DNA from: Halorhodospira halophila SL1
GTDB lineage: Bacteria; Pseudomonadota; Gammaproteobacteria; Nitrococcales; Halorhodospiraceae
Direction of reading: 5' to 3'
Assembly (NCBI RefSeq): GCF_000015585.1
Contig: NC_008789.1
Coordinates: 1,770,001-1,802,000, forward strand
Length of the DNA: 32,000 bases
The translations under genes and the position numbers were made by a program. The notes under the pieces were generated by a model. That model was not told the DNA's origin, made no database searches, and worked only from the letters and a program-made list of their open reading frames with translations. How positions within the stretch are numbered: the stretch's first letter is position 1; each line of letters starts with the position of its first letter. This document shows, piece by piece, positions 8,499-23,860 of the stretch.

Positions 8499-9331
8499 AG
8501 GAACGGCTCCGTGCGGCCAGGCACCGCGTACAGGACACCGCCACCGTAGTAACCGGTGATGAAGTCCTCTTCCTGCGGCGAGATGCGATCCGACTCGCGC
8601 AGTCGCGGCACATCGGTGAACTGCTTACCGGTGATGGCGTTCACGCGTACCTTGCCGTCGTAGCCGACCCGCGCGAAGTTGATGGGCAGCAGGACCCGAT
8701 CACTGCTGGAGCCCACACCGGAGAGGTCCATTTCCAGGTACATCGGGCGCAGCTCGCCACGATCGACCCAGATATCGACGATCTTGCCGGCGACCGTGCC
8801 GTCACAACCAAGCACCTGATCACCACGCGGATCGGGGTCGAGCTGCGGCCAGAAGCGCCGGACATCACGGCTCATGCCCACCTCAAACTCGGTGGCCACC
8901 CGCAGCGGGGCAATCTTCTGGTTGCCGGCGTGGGTGACCTCCGGCTCGTCCTCACGCTTGGCCCAGGCGGCGGGACCGACGCCGTCGACCATCGGGTTGC
9001 CCGTCGGCTCAAGGGGCGCACCATCCCAAGGCGCGGTCGGGGCCGCACGCAGCTGGGTGTTGAGCTCGTAGTCGGTCTTCTCAGCACGCGGGACCTGAAT
9101 GCTGCGGCCATCCGCCAGCTTGAAGGTCTTGGGACTCGGCGGGGCCGGGAATCCCAGCTTCTTCTCCGGAGTCCGGTTGCAGTTTTCGTTCGCTTCCGCC
9201 TGCAGCGGATACCCCTCGCGCTTGTCCTCCATCCGAAGATAGACGATCAAGCCGGCCAGAAAGAGCCAGAACGCATAGAGCGTCATCTGAGCTACGTTCA
9301 TGTAGTCAGTAAGAGCGCCAGTTCCTTCCAT
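8495..9331 (-). CDS. puhA: Photosynthetic reaction centre H subunit (PuhA)
   Basis: 278 aa. The N-terminal TM region reads LYAFWLFLAGLIVYLRMEDKREGYPL, the RC-H signature. The C-terminal part is a PRC-barrel-like domain. GGAGG lies upstream of the ATG. Confidence 0.92.
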   Translation of the reverse strand: MEGTGALTDYMNVAQMTLYAFWLFLAGLIVYLRMEDKREGYPLQAEANENCNRTPEKKLGFPAPPSPKTFKLADGRSIQVPRAEKTDYELNTQLRAAPTAPWDGAPLEPTGNPMVDGVGPAAWAKREDEPEVTHAGNQKIAPLRVATEFEVGMSRDVRRFWPQLDPDPRGDQVLGCDGTVAGKIVDIWVDRGELRPMYLEMDLSGVGSSSDRVLLPINFARVGYDGKVRVNAITGKQFTDVPRLRESDRISPQEEDFITGYYGGGVLYAVPGRTEPFL

Positions 9332-9411
9332 AACGAACCTCCACTCGAAAGGGCCTTACCGATTCAACGGCTTGGCCTGTACGAGACGACGATGACGTTT
9401 GCCTAACCCTG

Positions 9412-9439
9412 CCACGCTTGGCGCGCCAAGGGCCCGTGG
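9412..9439. promoter_or_regulatory. Perfect 14-bp palindrome with flanking complementary arms in the lhaA-puhA intergenic region
   Basis: CTTGGCGCGCCAAG sits at 9417-9430. It is flanked by CCACG (9412-9416) and CGTGG (9435-9439). It lies in the only sizeable (122 nt) gap inside the bchF-to-puhE unit. Confidence 0.3.
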
Positions 9440-9453
9440 TGCGACCGTAGTCG

Positions 9454-10881
9454 CTAGTAACCCGACTCGTTGGACGTTGCTGTCGACGGCGATACGTTAC
9501 TCTCCCCCTCTCTTGTAAACCGCGCCAGCGGCCACGCCGCGACGACCATGGCGAGCAGCAGCACGATCTCCGCCGAATAGACCACGCTGTACCCTGCCGC
9601 CGGGTGCAGGAACAACTCCGGCAATCTGCCGGCCTCGGCCAGAGCCGGAACCAGATCGGAGATCCCGGCCCCGATGGCCAGTGCGGCACCGAGCACGGTC
9701 GCCTGCACTGCACCCCACGCGCCGATGGCAATGCCGCTCTGCTCGCGCGTCGCCATCGACATCGTTGCGGCGAGCGTCCCGACGTAGAACAGGGCCCCTC
9801 CGACCCCGATCCCGACCTGCCCGACCCGGAAGATCGTCGGCGAGTCGAGGGGTGCCGAGACGATCACCAGCGAAAACGCCAGCACGCCAACCAGGGCACC
9901 GATGGTCGCCGCGCCGTAGGCGTTGAGTCCGCGCTCAAGGGCCATCTTGGCGAACCAGAAGCCGATGAGCATGCCGATCGCCCACAACCCGGTCAGCAGC
10001 GTGGTGCCGGCGACCTCCAGACCCAGGACCGCAGCCCCGTAGGGCTCGATGATGATGTCCTGCATCCCGAAGCCGGCCGCACCGATGCCGGTTACCACCA
10101 GCAGGCGAACCACCGGACCCCTCTGCATGAAACTTTGCCACGACTCGCTTAGCGGTGGACGCGGTCGATCGACGCGGCTGCGTTCCGGGTCCCGCGGCTC
10201 CTGCCGCCACAGCGCAAACACATTCAGCGCCCAGATCACCAGCGCCGCGCCCTGGAGCACCTGCACCAAGCGCTCGTGGCTGAAATCGGCGAGCAGCACA
10301 TAGAACACACCGGTGGAGATCACCATGCCGACCAGCAGCATGACGTACATCACGCCGACCACCTGGGGCAGCTTCCCCTCGGGGGCCAGATCGTTCGTCA
10401 GTGCCAGACCGGTCGTCTGGGTGACGTGCACACCCAGGCCGGACAGGAAGAAGGCCAGCGCCGCCCCCAGGGAGGCGAGGAACGGCGCATCAGCGCCATA
10501 CTCGGACTGTACCAACAGGCCGAAGGGCATCACCGCCAGGCCGCCGAACATCAATAGCGTGCCAATCCACAGATACGGTACCCGACGCCACCCCAGGGCC
10601 GAGCGGCGATGGTCCGAACGGTGCCCGATGAGCAGGCGCAGGGGCGCGAACAGGATCGGCAAGGCGATCACCGCGCCAAGCAGGGACGCTGCGATACCCA
10701 GCTCGTGGATCATCACACGGTTGAGGGTCCCCGTGAACATGACGTAAATCATGCCCACGGTGACCTGGAACAGGGACAGACGCAGGATTTGCGTCATGGG
10801 GAGTTCCCGGGTGCCGACCTCGGCAAACGGGACAGCTAAACGGCGCAGACGCGCCTTGAGCAGAGACGCGGAATCCGTCAT
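9454..10881 (-). CDS. lhaA: LH1 assembly protein LhaA (PucC/BCD family MFS-like membrane protein)
   Basis: Part of ORF 9454..10953. The preferred start is ATG 10881 (MTDSASLL), which overlaps the bchM TGA (ATGA). It has about 12 hydrophobic helices and LRLSLFQVTVGM near the N-terminus. Its position between bchM and puhA is canonical. Confidence 0.85.
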   Translation of the reverse strand: MTDSASLLKARLRRLAVPFAEVGTRELPMTQILRLSLFQVTVGMIYVMFTGTLNRVMIHELGIAASLLGAVIALPILFAPLRLLIGHRSDHRRSALGWRRVPYLWIGTLLMFGGLAVMPFGLLVQSEYGADAPFLASLGAALAFFLSGLGVHVTQTTGLALTNDLAPEGKLPQVVGVMYVMLLVGMVISTGVFYVLLADFSHERLVQVLQGAALVIWALNVFALWRQEPRDPERSRVDRPRPPLSESWQSFMQRGPVVRLLVVTGIGAAGFGMQDIIIEPYGAAVLGLEVAGTTLLTGLWAIGMLIGFWFAKMALERGLNAYGAATIGALVGVLAFSLVIVSAPLDSPTIFRVGQVGIGVGGALFYVGTLAATMSMATREQSGIAIGAWGAVQATVLGAALAIGAGISDLVPALAEAGRLPELFLHPAAGYSVVYSAEIVLLLAMVVAAWPLARFTREGESNVSPSTATSNESGY

Positions 10882-11581
10882 GGTCGCTGCAGCTCTAGTG
10901 CCTGAGAAATGTAGAAGCCCCGCGCGATCTTCCGTGTGCGGCCGATCTCCCACCCGCTCCCGAGCGTGGCATCCTCTCCGATGGCCCGACGCAGGCGCCG
11001 CTCGGCAACCGGCTCGATCGCCGGCGAGCGATCCCCCTGCGGGAAGAGCTGGCCGACCGCGTGCATCGTGGCCAGCAGCGGCGTCCGCGGCGCGAACGTA
11101 AACACCATCTGCCGCCGGGTACGTTTGGCCAAGCCGGCCAGTGCCGCCACGGCATCCGCACAGGGATAGTGGATGAGGACATCCATCGAGACCACGCGAT
11201 CGAATTCACCCCAGTCTGGGTCGAGCATATCGCCGACGTGGTATTCCAGCTCGCCGGTGCCCAGGTCCGCTGGCCTCCGCTGGTGGGCGATGTCGATCAG
11301 GTTCTGCGAGACATCCACGCCCACCACGTGGGCACCCCGACGAGCCGCCTCGACGCTCAACTCGCCCGGTCCGCATCCGGCATCCAGGACCCGCTCGCCC
11401 GTTAGATCGGCCGGGAGCCAGTCGAGCAGCGTCTGTCGCATCTCGCCCCGGCCGGCGCGTACCGTCGCCCGAACACCGCTGACCGGGGCATCCGAGGTGA
11501 GCCGCTCCCAGGCCTTGGTGGCCGTGCGGTCAAAATAGGTGGTCACGCGGCTGCGGCGCTGTTGGTAGGACTCCGTCGGCA

Positions 11582-11582
<1 letters not shown>
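10878..11582 (-). CDS. bchM: Mg-protoporphyrin IX O-methyltransferase (BchM)
   Basis: Part of ORF 10878..11585. ATG 11582 shares one base with the bchL stop (TGATG). The SAM-binding motif VLDAGCGPG is present, YFDRTATKAWERLTS is typical of BchM/ChlM, and the order after bchL is conserved. Confidence 0.9.
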
Positions 11583-16207
<4,625 letters not shown>

Positions 16208-16233
<26 letters not shown>

Positions 16234-17788
16234 CGTAGATCGTCTCCACTGTTATTGTCGCAATGCCTCGGTCGGCGGCGAAGCGCTCGGTATTGCGCCG
16301 GGCCTTGCCCCGCACGAAGAACGGGATCTTTTTCAGTTCGGCTTCGGCCTCCGGCGTCCAGCGCACCTCAGCGCCTTCCTCCGACTCGGCGACGGCGACC
16401 GCCGTCTCGGCCTGCCCCTCTTCTCGAGCCGCCCCCCCGGGAGAAGGCGCCGCGCCGGCCTCCAGATGAGAGGGGGCGTCAGCCGTGAACTCGAAGTCTT
16501 CCTTGAACATCCCGAGCAGATGCTCTTCCAGGCCCATCATCAGCGGGTGGACCCAGGTATCGAAGATGACGTTGGCCCCTTCCAGGCCCATATTCGGCGC
16601 ATAGCGGGCCGGGAAGTCCTGAACATGGACCGGAGCCGAGATGACCGCGCACGGCACCCCCAGGCGCTTGGCGATGTGCCGCTCCATCTGGGTACCGAGG
16701 ACCAGCTCGGGGCTGGCCTCGGTGGCGGCACGCTCGACCTCCAGATAATCATCGGTGATCAACGGCTCGACCCCGTAGGCCTTGGCGGCCCGGCGAACCT
16801 CCCGCGCCTCTTCACGGGCGTAGGTGCCCAACCCGACCACCTCGAAACCCAGTTCCTCACTGGCGATGCGCGCGGCAGCCACCGCGTGGGTGCCGTCGCC
16901 AAAGATGAAGACCCGTTTTCCGGTCAAGTAGTTGGAGTCGACGGATCGGCTGTACCAAGCCATGCGGGCGTTGGCATCGGCCACCCCCTGGCTGACGTCC
17001 AGTCCGGTCACCCGACCGACCTCGGCGAGGAAATCGCGGGTCGCGCCGAGGCCCAGCGGCACCGTGGTAACGGTCGGCTGGCCGAAGCGGCGCTGCAGCC
17101 ACTCGCAGGTGGAGCGCGCCACCTCGGGATAGAGACAGACGTTGAAATCGGCTTCGGGGATGCGACGCAGATCCTCGGGGCTGGCCCCGAGCGGTGCGAC
17201 CACGTTGACCTCGACCCCGACGGACTCCAGCAGCCGGGTGACCTCCTGCACATCGTCCCGGCAGCGAAAGCCCAGCGATGTCGGACCGAGCAGATTGGCA
17301 CGGGGGGCGCGGCTTGCGTCCGGCTGCGCGCCCGCACTCGCACCATTGGTCTCAAGGAGGCCGCGGACCAGTTGATAGAACGCCTCGCTGGCGCCGTAGC
17401 CCTCCTTGCGGGAGTACGCCGAGAGTTCAAGCCCGATGACCGGTACGGGCAGATCCATGCCCTGGGCCAGGTCGCCGGGCTGATCCTGGAGCAGCTCCGC
17501 CGTGCACGAGTCCCCGACCAGCAGGGCCTCGGGCTGGTAGCGCTCGTAGGCCGCGGTGACCGTCTCACGCACCAGCTCGGCGGTGTCCCGCCCGAGATGC
17601 CGGGCGTTGAACGTGCTATAGCTGACCGGCGGCCGCCCCGGGCGCCGCTCGATCATCGTGAACAGCAGGTCGGCGTAGGTATCGCCCTGGGGCGCGTGGA
17701 GGACGCAGTGCACTCCCTTCATCGACGCGGCGATGCGCATCGCGCCGACGTGGGGTGGGCCTTCGTAAGTCCAGAGCGTCAGCTGCAT
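16208..17788 (-). CDS. bchB: Light-independent protochlorophyllide reductase subunit B (BchB)
   Basis: 526 aa. The N-terminus [20 protein letters not shown] is the conserved BchB/ChlB start. It follows bchN after a 3-nt gap. Confidence 0.95.
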
Positions 17789-17791
17789 CCT

Positions 17792-19575
<1,784 letters not shown>

Positions 19576-19613
19576 TGCGCTGCATCCCCATTTTCGGGAG
19601 TGACTTCTCGGCG

Positions 19614-19642
19614 AATCTAAAGCGCCCCCCCGGGTGTGTCAA
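19614..19642 (-). promoter_or_regulatory. Candidate sigma70-type promoter of the bchF superoperon
   Basis: Read on the minus strand: TTGACA (19642-19637, perfect -35), exactly 17-nt spacer, TAGATT (19619-19614, 4/6 including T1, A2 and T6). It lies about 40 nt upstream of the bchF ATG 19575. Confidence 0.4.
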
Positions 19643-19672
19643 GCTAGCTGGACGTGGGCCACGATTGACACA
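19635..19672. promoter_or_regulatory. Inverted repeat TGTGTCAA-N22-TTGACACA overlapping the bchF -35; possible PpsR/CrtJ-type operator
   Basis: The arms are at 19635-19642 and 19665-19672, each followed by AGCT. Within it are TGT-N12-ACG (19637-19654) and CGT-N12-ACA (19653-19670). Each is a 5/6 match to the PpsR/CrtJ consensus TGT-N12-ACA. Confidence 0.3.
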
Positions 19673-19863
19673 AGCTTTCAATACAGGGGGTTAGCATTCG
19701 AGCGCGCGGACGGGCAGATCGTCGCAACCCCGCTTCTCGCCCTTGAACTATTCCGTTGGAATGCCGTCAATATCGGGGGTGCGACTATTCTCGATGAAAT
19801 TGGTCCGAATTAAACGGCCCAATCCCCGTCAATCGTAACGAAAGCCCCAGAGGACGGCCGAAG

Positions 19864-20496
19864 TTGAAATCCATGAACGCCCCGCAACAGTCGCTGAGCG
19901 ATCTGTCGGCGGAGACGGTCGCACGGCTGCTTGAAGCTGCCGCGGATATCGCACTGATCGTGGATACCGAGGGCACGATCCACGACGTGGCGGTCGGCAG
20001 CGACGACCCGGGCGTTCGCGCTGCCGCAGGCTGGAAAGGGCGGCGCTGGCGCGAAGTGGTTGGCACCACGGAGCAACAGACCGTCGACCAGCTGCTCATC
20101 GAGCCAGAGACGGCGCCCGCGGGCACGACGTTGCAGCACATCGACGCGCGCGGCAACCCGATCCCGGTGCGCTACCGAGTCGTCGCCCTGGACGGCCAAC
20201 GATTCGCTGCGCTGGGCAGGGATCTGCGCCCCTGTGCCGCACTGCGCCAGCAACCGCGCGAGCACAACCGGCTGCGTTCCATCGAGCAGACCACGGCCCT
20301 GGTCGGCCAGGTCCCGCTGCGTGACCTGGTCCGTGAAGCCACCGACCTGATCGAACGCATGTGTATCGAGACGGCCCTCAGCATCACCCACGACAACCGG
20401 GCCTCTGCCGCCGAACTGCTCGGCCTCAGCCGGCAGAGCCTCTACTCCAAGCTACGCCGTCACGGGCTGATGACCTCCCACAACGACGCCGAGTAG
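19864..20496 (+). CDS. ppsR: Short PpsR/CrtJ-family regulator: one N-terminal PAS-like domain joined directly to a Fis-type HTH
   Basis: 210 aa. The TTG start at 19864 lies 9 nt after AGAGGA; ATG 19873 is an alternative. N-terminal AADIALIVDTEGTIHDV and LGRDLRP resemble the PpsR N-domain. C-terminal VPLRDLVREATDLIERMCIETAL...NRASAAELLGLSRQSLYSKLRRHGL closely resembles the PpsR/CrtJ HTH region, including the conserved Cys. Confidence 0.65.
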   Translation: MKSMNAPQQSLSDLSAETVARLLEAAADIALIVDTEGTIHDVAVGSDDPGVRAAAGWKGRRWREVVGTTEQQTVDQLLIEPETAPAGTTLQHIDARGNPIPVRYRVVALDGQRFAALGRDLRPCAALRQQPREHNRLRSIEQTTALVGQVPLRDLVREATDLIERMCIETALSITHDNRASAAELLGLSRQSLYSKLRRHGLMTSHNDAE

Positions 20497-20513
20497 CCGC
20501 GGCCCCGCCACCC

Positions 20514-20542
20514 TTGACCCGCCCTGCACGCCCCTCTAGCTT
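20514..20542 (+). promoter_or_regulatory. Candidate sigma70-type promoter upstream of the BciB-like gene
   Basis: TTGACC (20514-20519), 17-nt spacer, TAGCTT (20537-20542). It lies about 37 nt upstream of ATG 20579. Hexamer match only. Confidence 0.25.
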
Positions 20543-20578
20543 GAGCCTCTTGCCATTGGCCGACCAAGCGAGGGCCCC

Positions 20579-21838
20579 ATGGATTCAGCCACCGTGCAGA
20601 CACCGTCCCTGGCCACCCCGGCCCCGCGGGATCTTTGCACCGATTGCGGGCTCTCGCGCAGCTCCGACCCGAAGCGCTGCGGCCGCGCCTGCCAGTTCAT
20701 CCGTCCAGACTATGCCGCGCTGGAGCGCCGCACCCACGGGCGTAGCCGGGACCCCGAACGCCCCGACGAGCTCCACTTTGGCCCCTTCCGGCGCATGCAC
20801 CAAGCCGCCCTGCGAACGCCGCGGGCCGGCGCACAGTGGACCGGCATCACCACTCGGTTGGCCGAGCGGTTGCTGGAGAGCGGGCGCGTCGACGCGGTCC
20901 TGACCGTCACCGGCGCTAGCGAAGACCCCTGGCACCCTCAGCCCGTGCTCGTCACCGACCCGGCAAAGCTCTCTCAGTGCCGCGGCATGCGCATGGGCTA
21001 CGCCCCCTTGCTCGCCCTGCTTGAACCGGCATTGGCACAAGGCTACAAGCGGCTTGGGGTGATCGCCTTGCCATGCCAAACGTACCCGCTTCGCGCCTTG
21101 GAGGAGGAGCTCGGTCTGGAGCGCCTGGAGATCATCGGGACACCCTGCTCGGACAACACCCCCACGGCACACTTCCACCGGTTCCTCGAGTTGCTCACCC
21201 CTTCGCCCGAAGCGGTCACCTACCTGGAGTTTCGCGCCGACTACTACGTCGAGCTGCGCTTCCAGGACGGCAGCAAGCGCGAGATCCCCTTCCTTCAACT
21301 ACCGATCTCCCGGCTGCCGGCCGACTTCTGGCCACTGACCTGCCGGACCTGCGTCGACTACACGAACGCGCTGGCGGATATCACGGTCGGCTACATGGCT
21401 GGGCGGGGCGAGCAGTGGATCCTCGTTCGCAATGAACGCGGCGAGGCGATGCTGGAGTTGCTCGGCGACGAGGTGCGGCTGGGTGCACCCAGCTCAGGAG
21501 GCAGGCGCGACGGCCCGGTCCAGGGGTTCATCGACAATACTGAGCGCGCGGCCGGGGGGATGCCCAGTCGGGGCATGCCGAACTGGCTGCGCCCGATCAT
21601 CGGCCGGCTCATGCCCTTCGTCGGCCCGCGGGGGCTGGAGCTGGCGCGCGCACGCCTGGAAATGAAGGCCGCCGAAACCCTCATCCACCTCCAGCACCAA
21701 GCCCCGCGCCGTGCCCGGGCGATGGTCCCCGAGCATGTCTACAGGCTGGTGGAGGGCTACCGAATCCCCAGCGTGGAACGCTCCGAACCCCGGCACGACG
21801 GGGCCCGGAGCGCGACGCCGTCAAACCGGGTCGATTAG
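20579..21838 (+). CDS. bciB: FrhB-family (coenzyme F420 hydrogenase beta-like) Fe-S flavoprotein; likely ferredoxin-dependent 8-vinyl reductase BciB
   Basis: 419 aa, with GAGGG 5 nt upstream of the ATG. The N-terminal Cys cluster is CTDCG-x9-C-x3-C. The C-terminal part has GTPCSDNT and CRTCVDYTNALADITVGY, typical of the FrhB_N/FrhB_C architecture shared by BciB and HCAR. It is embedded in the photosynthesis cluster. Confidence 0.6.
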   Translation: MDSATVQTPSLATPAPRDLCTDCGLSRSSDPKRCGRACQFIRPDYAALERRTHGRSRDPERPDELHFGPFRRMHQAALRTPRAGAQWTGITTRLAERLLESGRVDAVLTVTGASEDPWHPQPVLVTDPAKLSQCRGMRMGYAPLLALLEPALAQGYKRLGVIALPCQTYPLRALEEELGLERLEIIGTPCSDNTPTAHFHRFLELLTPSPEAVTYLEFRADYYVELRFQDGSKREIPFLQLPISRLPADFWPLTCRTCVDYTNALADITVGYMAGRGEQWILVRNERGEAMLELLGDEVRLGAPSSGGRRDGPVQGFIDNTERAAGGMPSRGMPNWLRPIIGRLMPFVGPRGLELARARLEMKAAETLIHLQHQAPRRARAMVPEHVYRLVEGYRIPSVERSEPRHDGARSATPSNRVD

Positions 21839-22273
21839 CAGCACGTAGCGCAGTGCCTCAGCGTACTCCCGCGCCGTGGCCTTCTCGCCATTCTTCTCGC
21901 GCTCCAGGGCCCGGTCGACCTGGGCCTTGGCGATGACCGACAGACTGCGCATGCCCACGGGCCCCACGGCCTCGACATAGCGGGTGAGGAACTGCTGCGA
22001 CTGCAGCCGATCGGTCTCGGCACTGATCGCTTTGATCCAGAACATCTTGCGCAGACCGACAAGCACGAAGACCGCCGCCGGGAGGGCAATGGCGATGATC
22101 ATCACCGCCAGCGTCTGTTCCGCGCCGGGGAGCAGGTCGCGCTGGATACCGATCAAGTAGGCAATCACGCCAACAACCGCCGCCAGCGGGAAACTGATCC
22201 CGGCGGACAGCCAGGTCGACTTGGTGAGTTCCTTGAGTAACCGCTGTCGCTCCTCGAGGATCTCGTTGGTCAT
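21821..22273 (-). CDS. Hypothetical small membrane protein (2 predicted TM helices plus a C-terminal soluble segment)
   Basis: 150 aa. A strong RBS, AAGGAG, lies 6 nt upstream of the ATG. Hydrophobic stretches are LSAGISFPLAAVVGVIAYLIGI and LAVMIIAIALPAAVFVLVGL. I recognise no family motif. Confidence 0.6.
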   Translation of the reverse strand: MTNEILEERQRLLKELTKSTWLSAGISFPLAAVVGVIAYLIGIQRDLLPGAEQTLAVMIIAIALPAAVFVLVGLRKMFWIKAISAETDRLQSQQFLTRYVEAVGPVGMRSLSVIAKAQVDRALEREKNGEKATAREYAEALRYVLLIDPV

Positions 22274-22315
22274 GCTGCGCTCCTTAACTCTGCAAGTGGG
22301 ATGGGCAAGCCGCCG

Positions 22316-23680
22316 TCAACGCTCCACCGACGGCAGTCCGGACAGCGCCATGGCCGCCTCGACCTGGCTGCCGCCGAGGTCGCTGAGGTTGCCCGCCAGG
22401 TAATCCGTATAGGCCTGCATGTCAAAATTACCGTGGCCGCAAAGGTTGAACAGGATCGCCTTCGACTCGCCACGTTCGCGGCACCCCTGGGCCTCCTCGA
22501 TCACCGCCTTGACCGCGTGATTGGCCTCGGGGGCGGGGATGATGCCCTCGGCCCGCGCAAATTCCAGACCGGCAGCAAAGCAGTCGAGCTGATCGTAGGC
22601 CCGCGCGTCGAGGTAGCCGAGGTCCTTCAAATGGCTGATCTGGGGGGCCATGCCGTGGTAACGCAGCCCCCCGGCGTGAAACCCCGGGGGCATGAAACCG
22701 GAGCCAAGGGTGTGCATCTTGGTCAGCGGCGTCAACTGCGCCGAGTCACCGTAATCGTAGGCAAACTGCCCCCGGGTTAGGGTCGGACAGGCCAGCGGCT
22801 CCACGGCGATGGCCTCGACGCTCGGGCCGCCGCGCAGGGCGGCGCCGAGGAACGGGAAAACGATCCCCGCGAAGTTGCTGCCACCCCCGGTACAGGCAAT
22901 GACCGTGTCGGGGTAATCGTCGGCCATGGCCATCTGCTCCATCGCCTCGACACCCGTCACGGTCTGATGTAGCAGGACGTGGTTGAGCACGCTGCCCAGC
23001 GCGTACTTGGTGTCGTCGCGCTGCGCGGCCAGCTCCACCGCCTCGCCGATGGCGATGCCCAGACTCCCGGTGCTGGCCGGGTTGTCCGCCAAGACCGAGC
23101 GGCCAAAGGCGGTCTCTTGGCTCGGGCTGGCAATGCACCGCGCACCGAAGCTCTCCATGAACGCACGCCGGTAGGGTTTCTGCTTATAACTGACCCCCAC
23201 CATGAAGACCTCGATGTCGAGATCGAACATGGCGCCGGCCAGCGCCAGGGACGACCCCCACTGACCGGCCCCAGTCTCGGTGGTGATGCGGCGCACCCCC
23301 TCGGCGTGGTTGTAGAAGGCCTGCGGGAGCGCGGTATTCGGCTTGTGACTCCCGGCCGGGCTGACGCCCTCGTACTTGTAATAGATGCGCGCCGGGGTAT
23401 CGAGGGCCTTCTCCAGGCGCCGGGCCCGGTAAAGCGGCGCCGGCCGCCACTGCCGATAGGCGTTGCGAACCGGCTCCGGGATCTCGACCTCCCGCTCCGT
23501 AGTCAGCTCCTGCTCAATCACTCCGCGCGGGAAGAGCGGCGCCAGGTCGTCCGCCGAAACCGGCTCCCGGGTTGCCGGGTGGAGCACCGGCGCCAGCGGG
23601 GCGGGCAGATCGGCGCTGATGTTGTACCAGGCGCGCGGGATCCGCGCCTCATCGAGGACATACTTGACGGTCTCACTCAT
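22316..23680 (-). CDS. trpB: TrpB2-type tryptophan synthase beta-like PLP-dependent enzyme
   Basis: 454 aa. The PLP-lysine motif is [11 protein letters not shown], and GGGSNFAG is the phosphate-binding loop. The long N-terminal extension and the length are typical of the TrpB2 subgroup. No other trp genes are adjacent. Confidence 0.8.
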   Translation of the reverse strand: MSETVKYVLDEARIPRAWYNISADLPAPLAPVLHPATREPVSADDLAPLFPRGVIEQELTTEREVEIPEPVRNAYRQWRPAPLYRARRLEKALDTPARIYYKYEGVSPAGSHKPNTALPQAFYNHAEGVRRITTETGAGQWGSSLALAGAMFDLDIEVFMVGVSYKQKPYRRAFMESFGARCIASPSQETAFGRSVLADNPASTGSLGIAIGEAVELAAQRDDTKYALGSVLNHVLLHQTVTGVEAMEQMAMADDYPDTVIACTGGGSNFAGIVFPFLGAALRGGPSVEAIAVEPLACPTLTRGQFAYDYGDSAQLTPLTKMHTLGSGFMPPGFHAGGLRYHGMAPQISHLKDLGYLDARAYDQLDCFAAGLEFARAEGIIPAPEANHAVKAVIEEAQGCRERGESKAILFNLCGHGNFDMQAYTDYLAGNLSDLGGSQVEAAMALSGLPSVER

Positions 23681-23860
23681 GGTTGGCTCTCGCGCTGGCC
23701 CAGATCAGAACGCCGGCTATGGTAGCCGCGCCCGGCCACGGGGGGAAGCTGACCAGGCGCGACACGCCGCCGCCGGCTAGACAGGCCGGGCTTGCAAAAA
23801 AGGCTGGTCCGCGGTAAAGGGTAGAGGACAAAACGCCACAGCTAAGGAAGGCTGCATGCC

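Noticed and set aside
19764-19833. 8-bp direct repeat CCGTCAAT (19764-19771 and 19826-19833) upstream of the mini-ppsR gene
   Set aside because: A single 8-mer repeat in a 288-nt region is about what chance predicts, and it matches no known motif.
23792-23820. TTGCAA-N17-TAAAGG as a promoter for the hybrid kinase
   Set aside because: The -10 is weak (it lacks the conserved final T) and nothing else supports it, so it is not listed as a feature.
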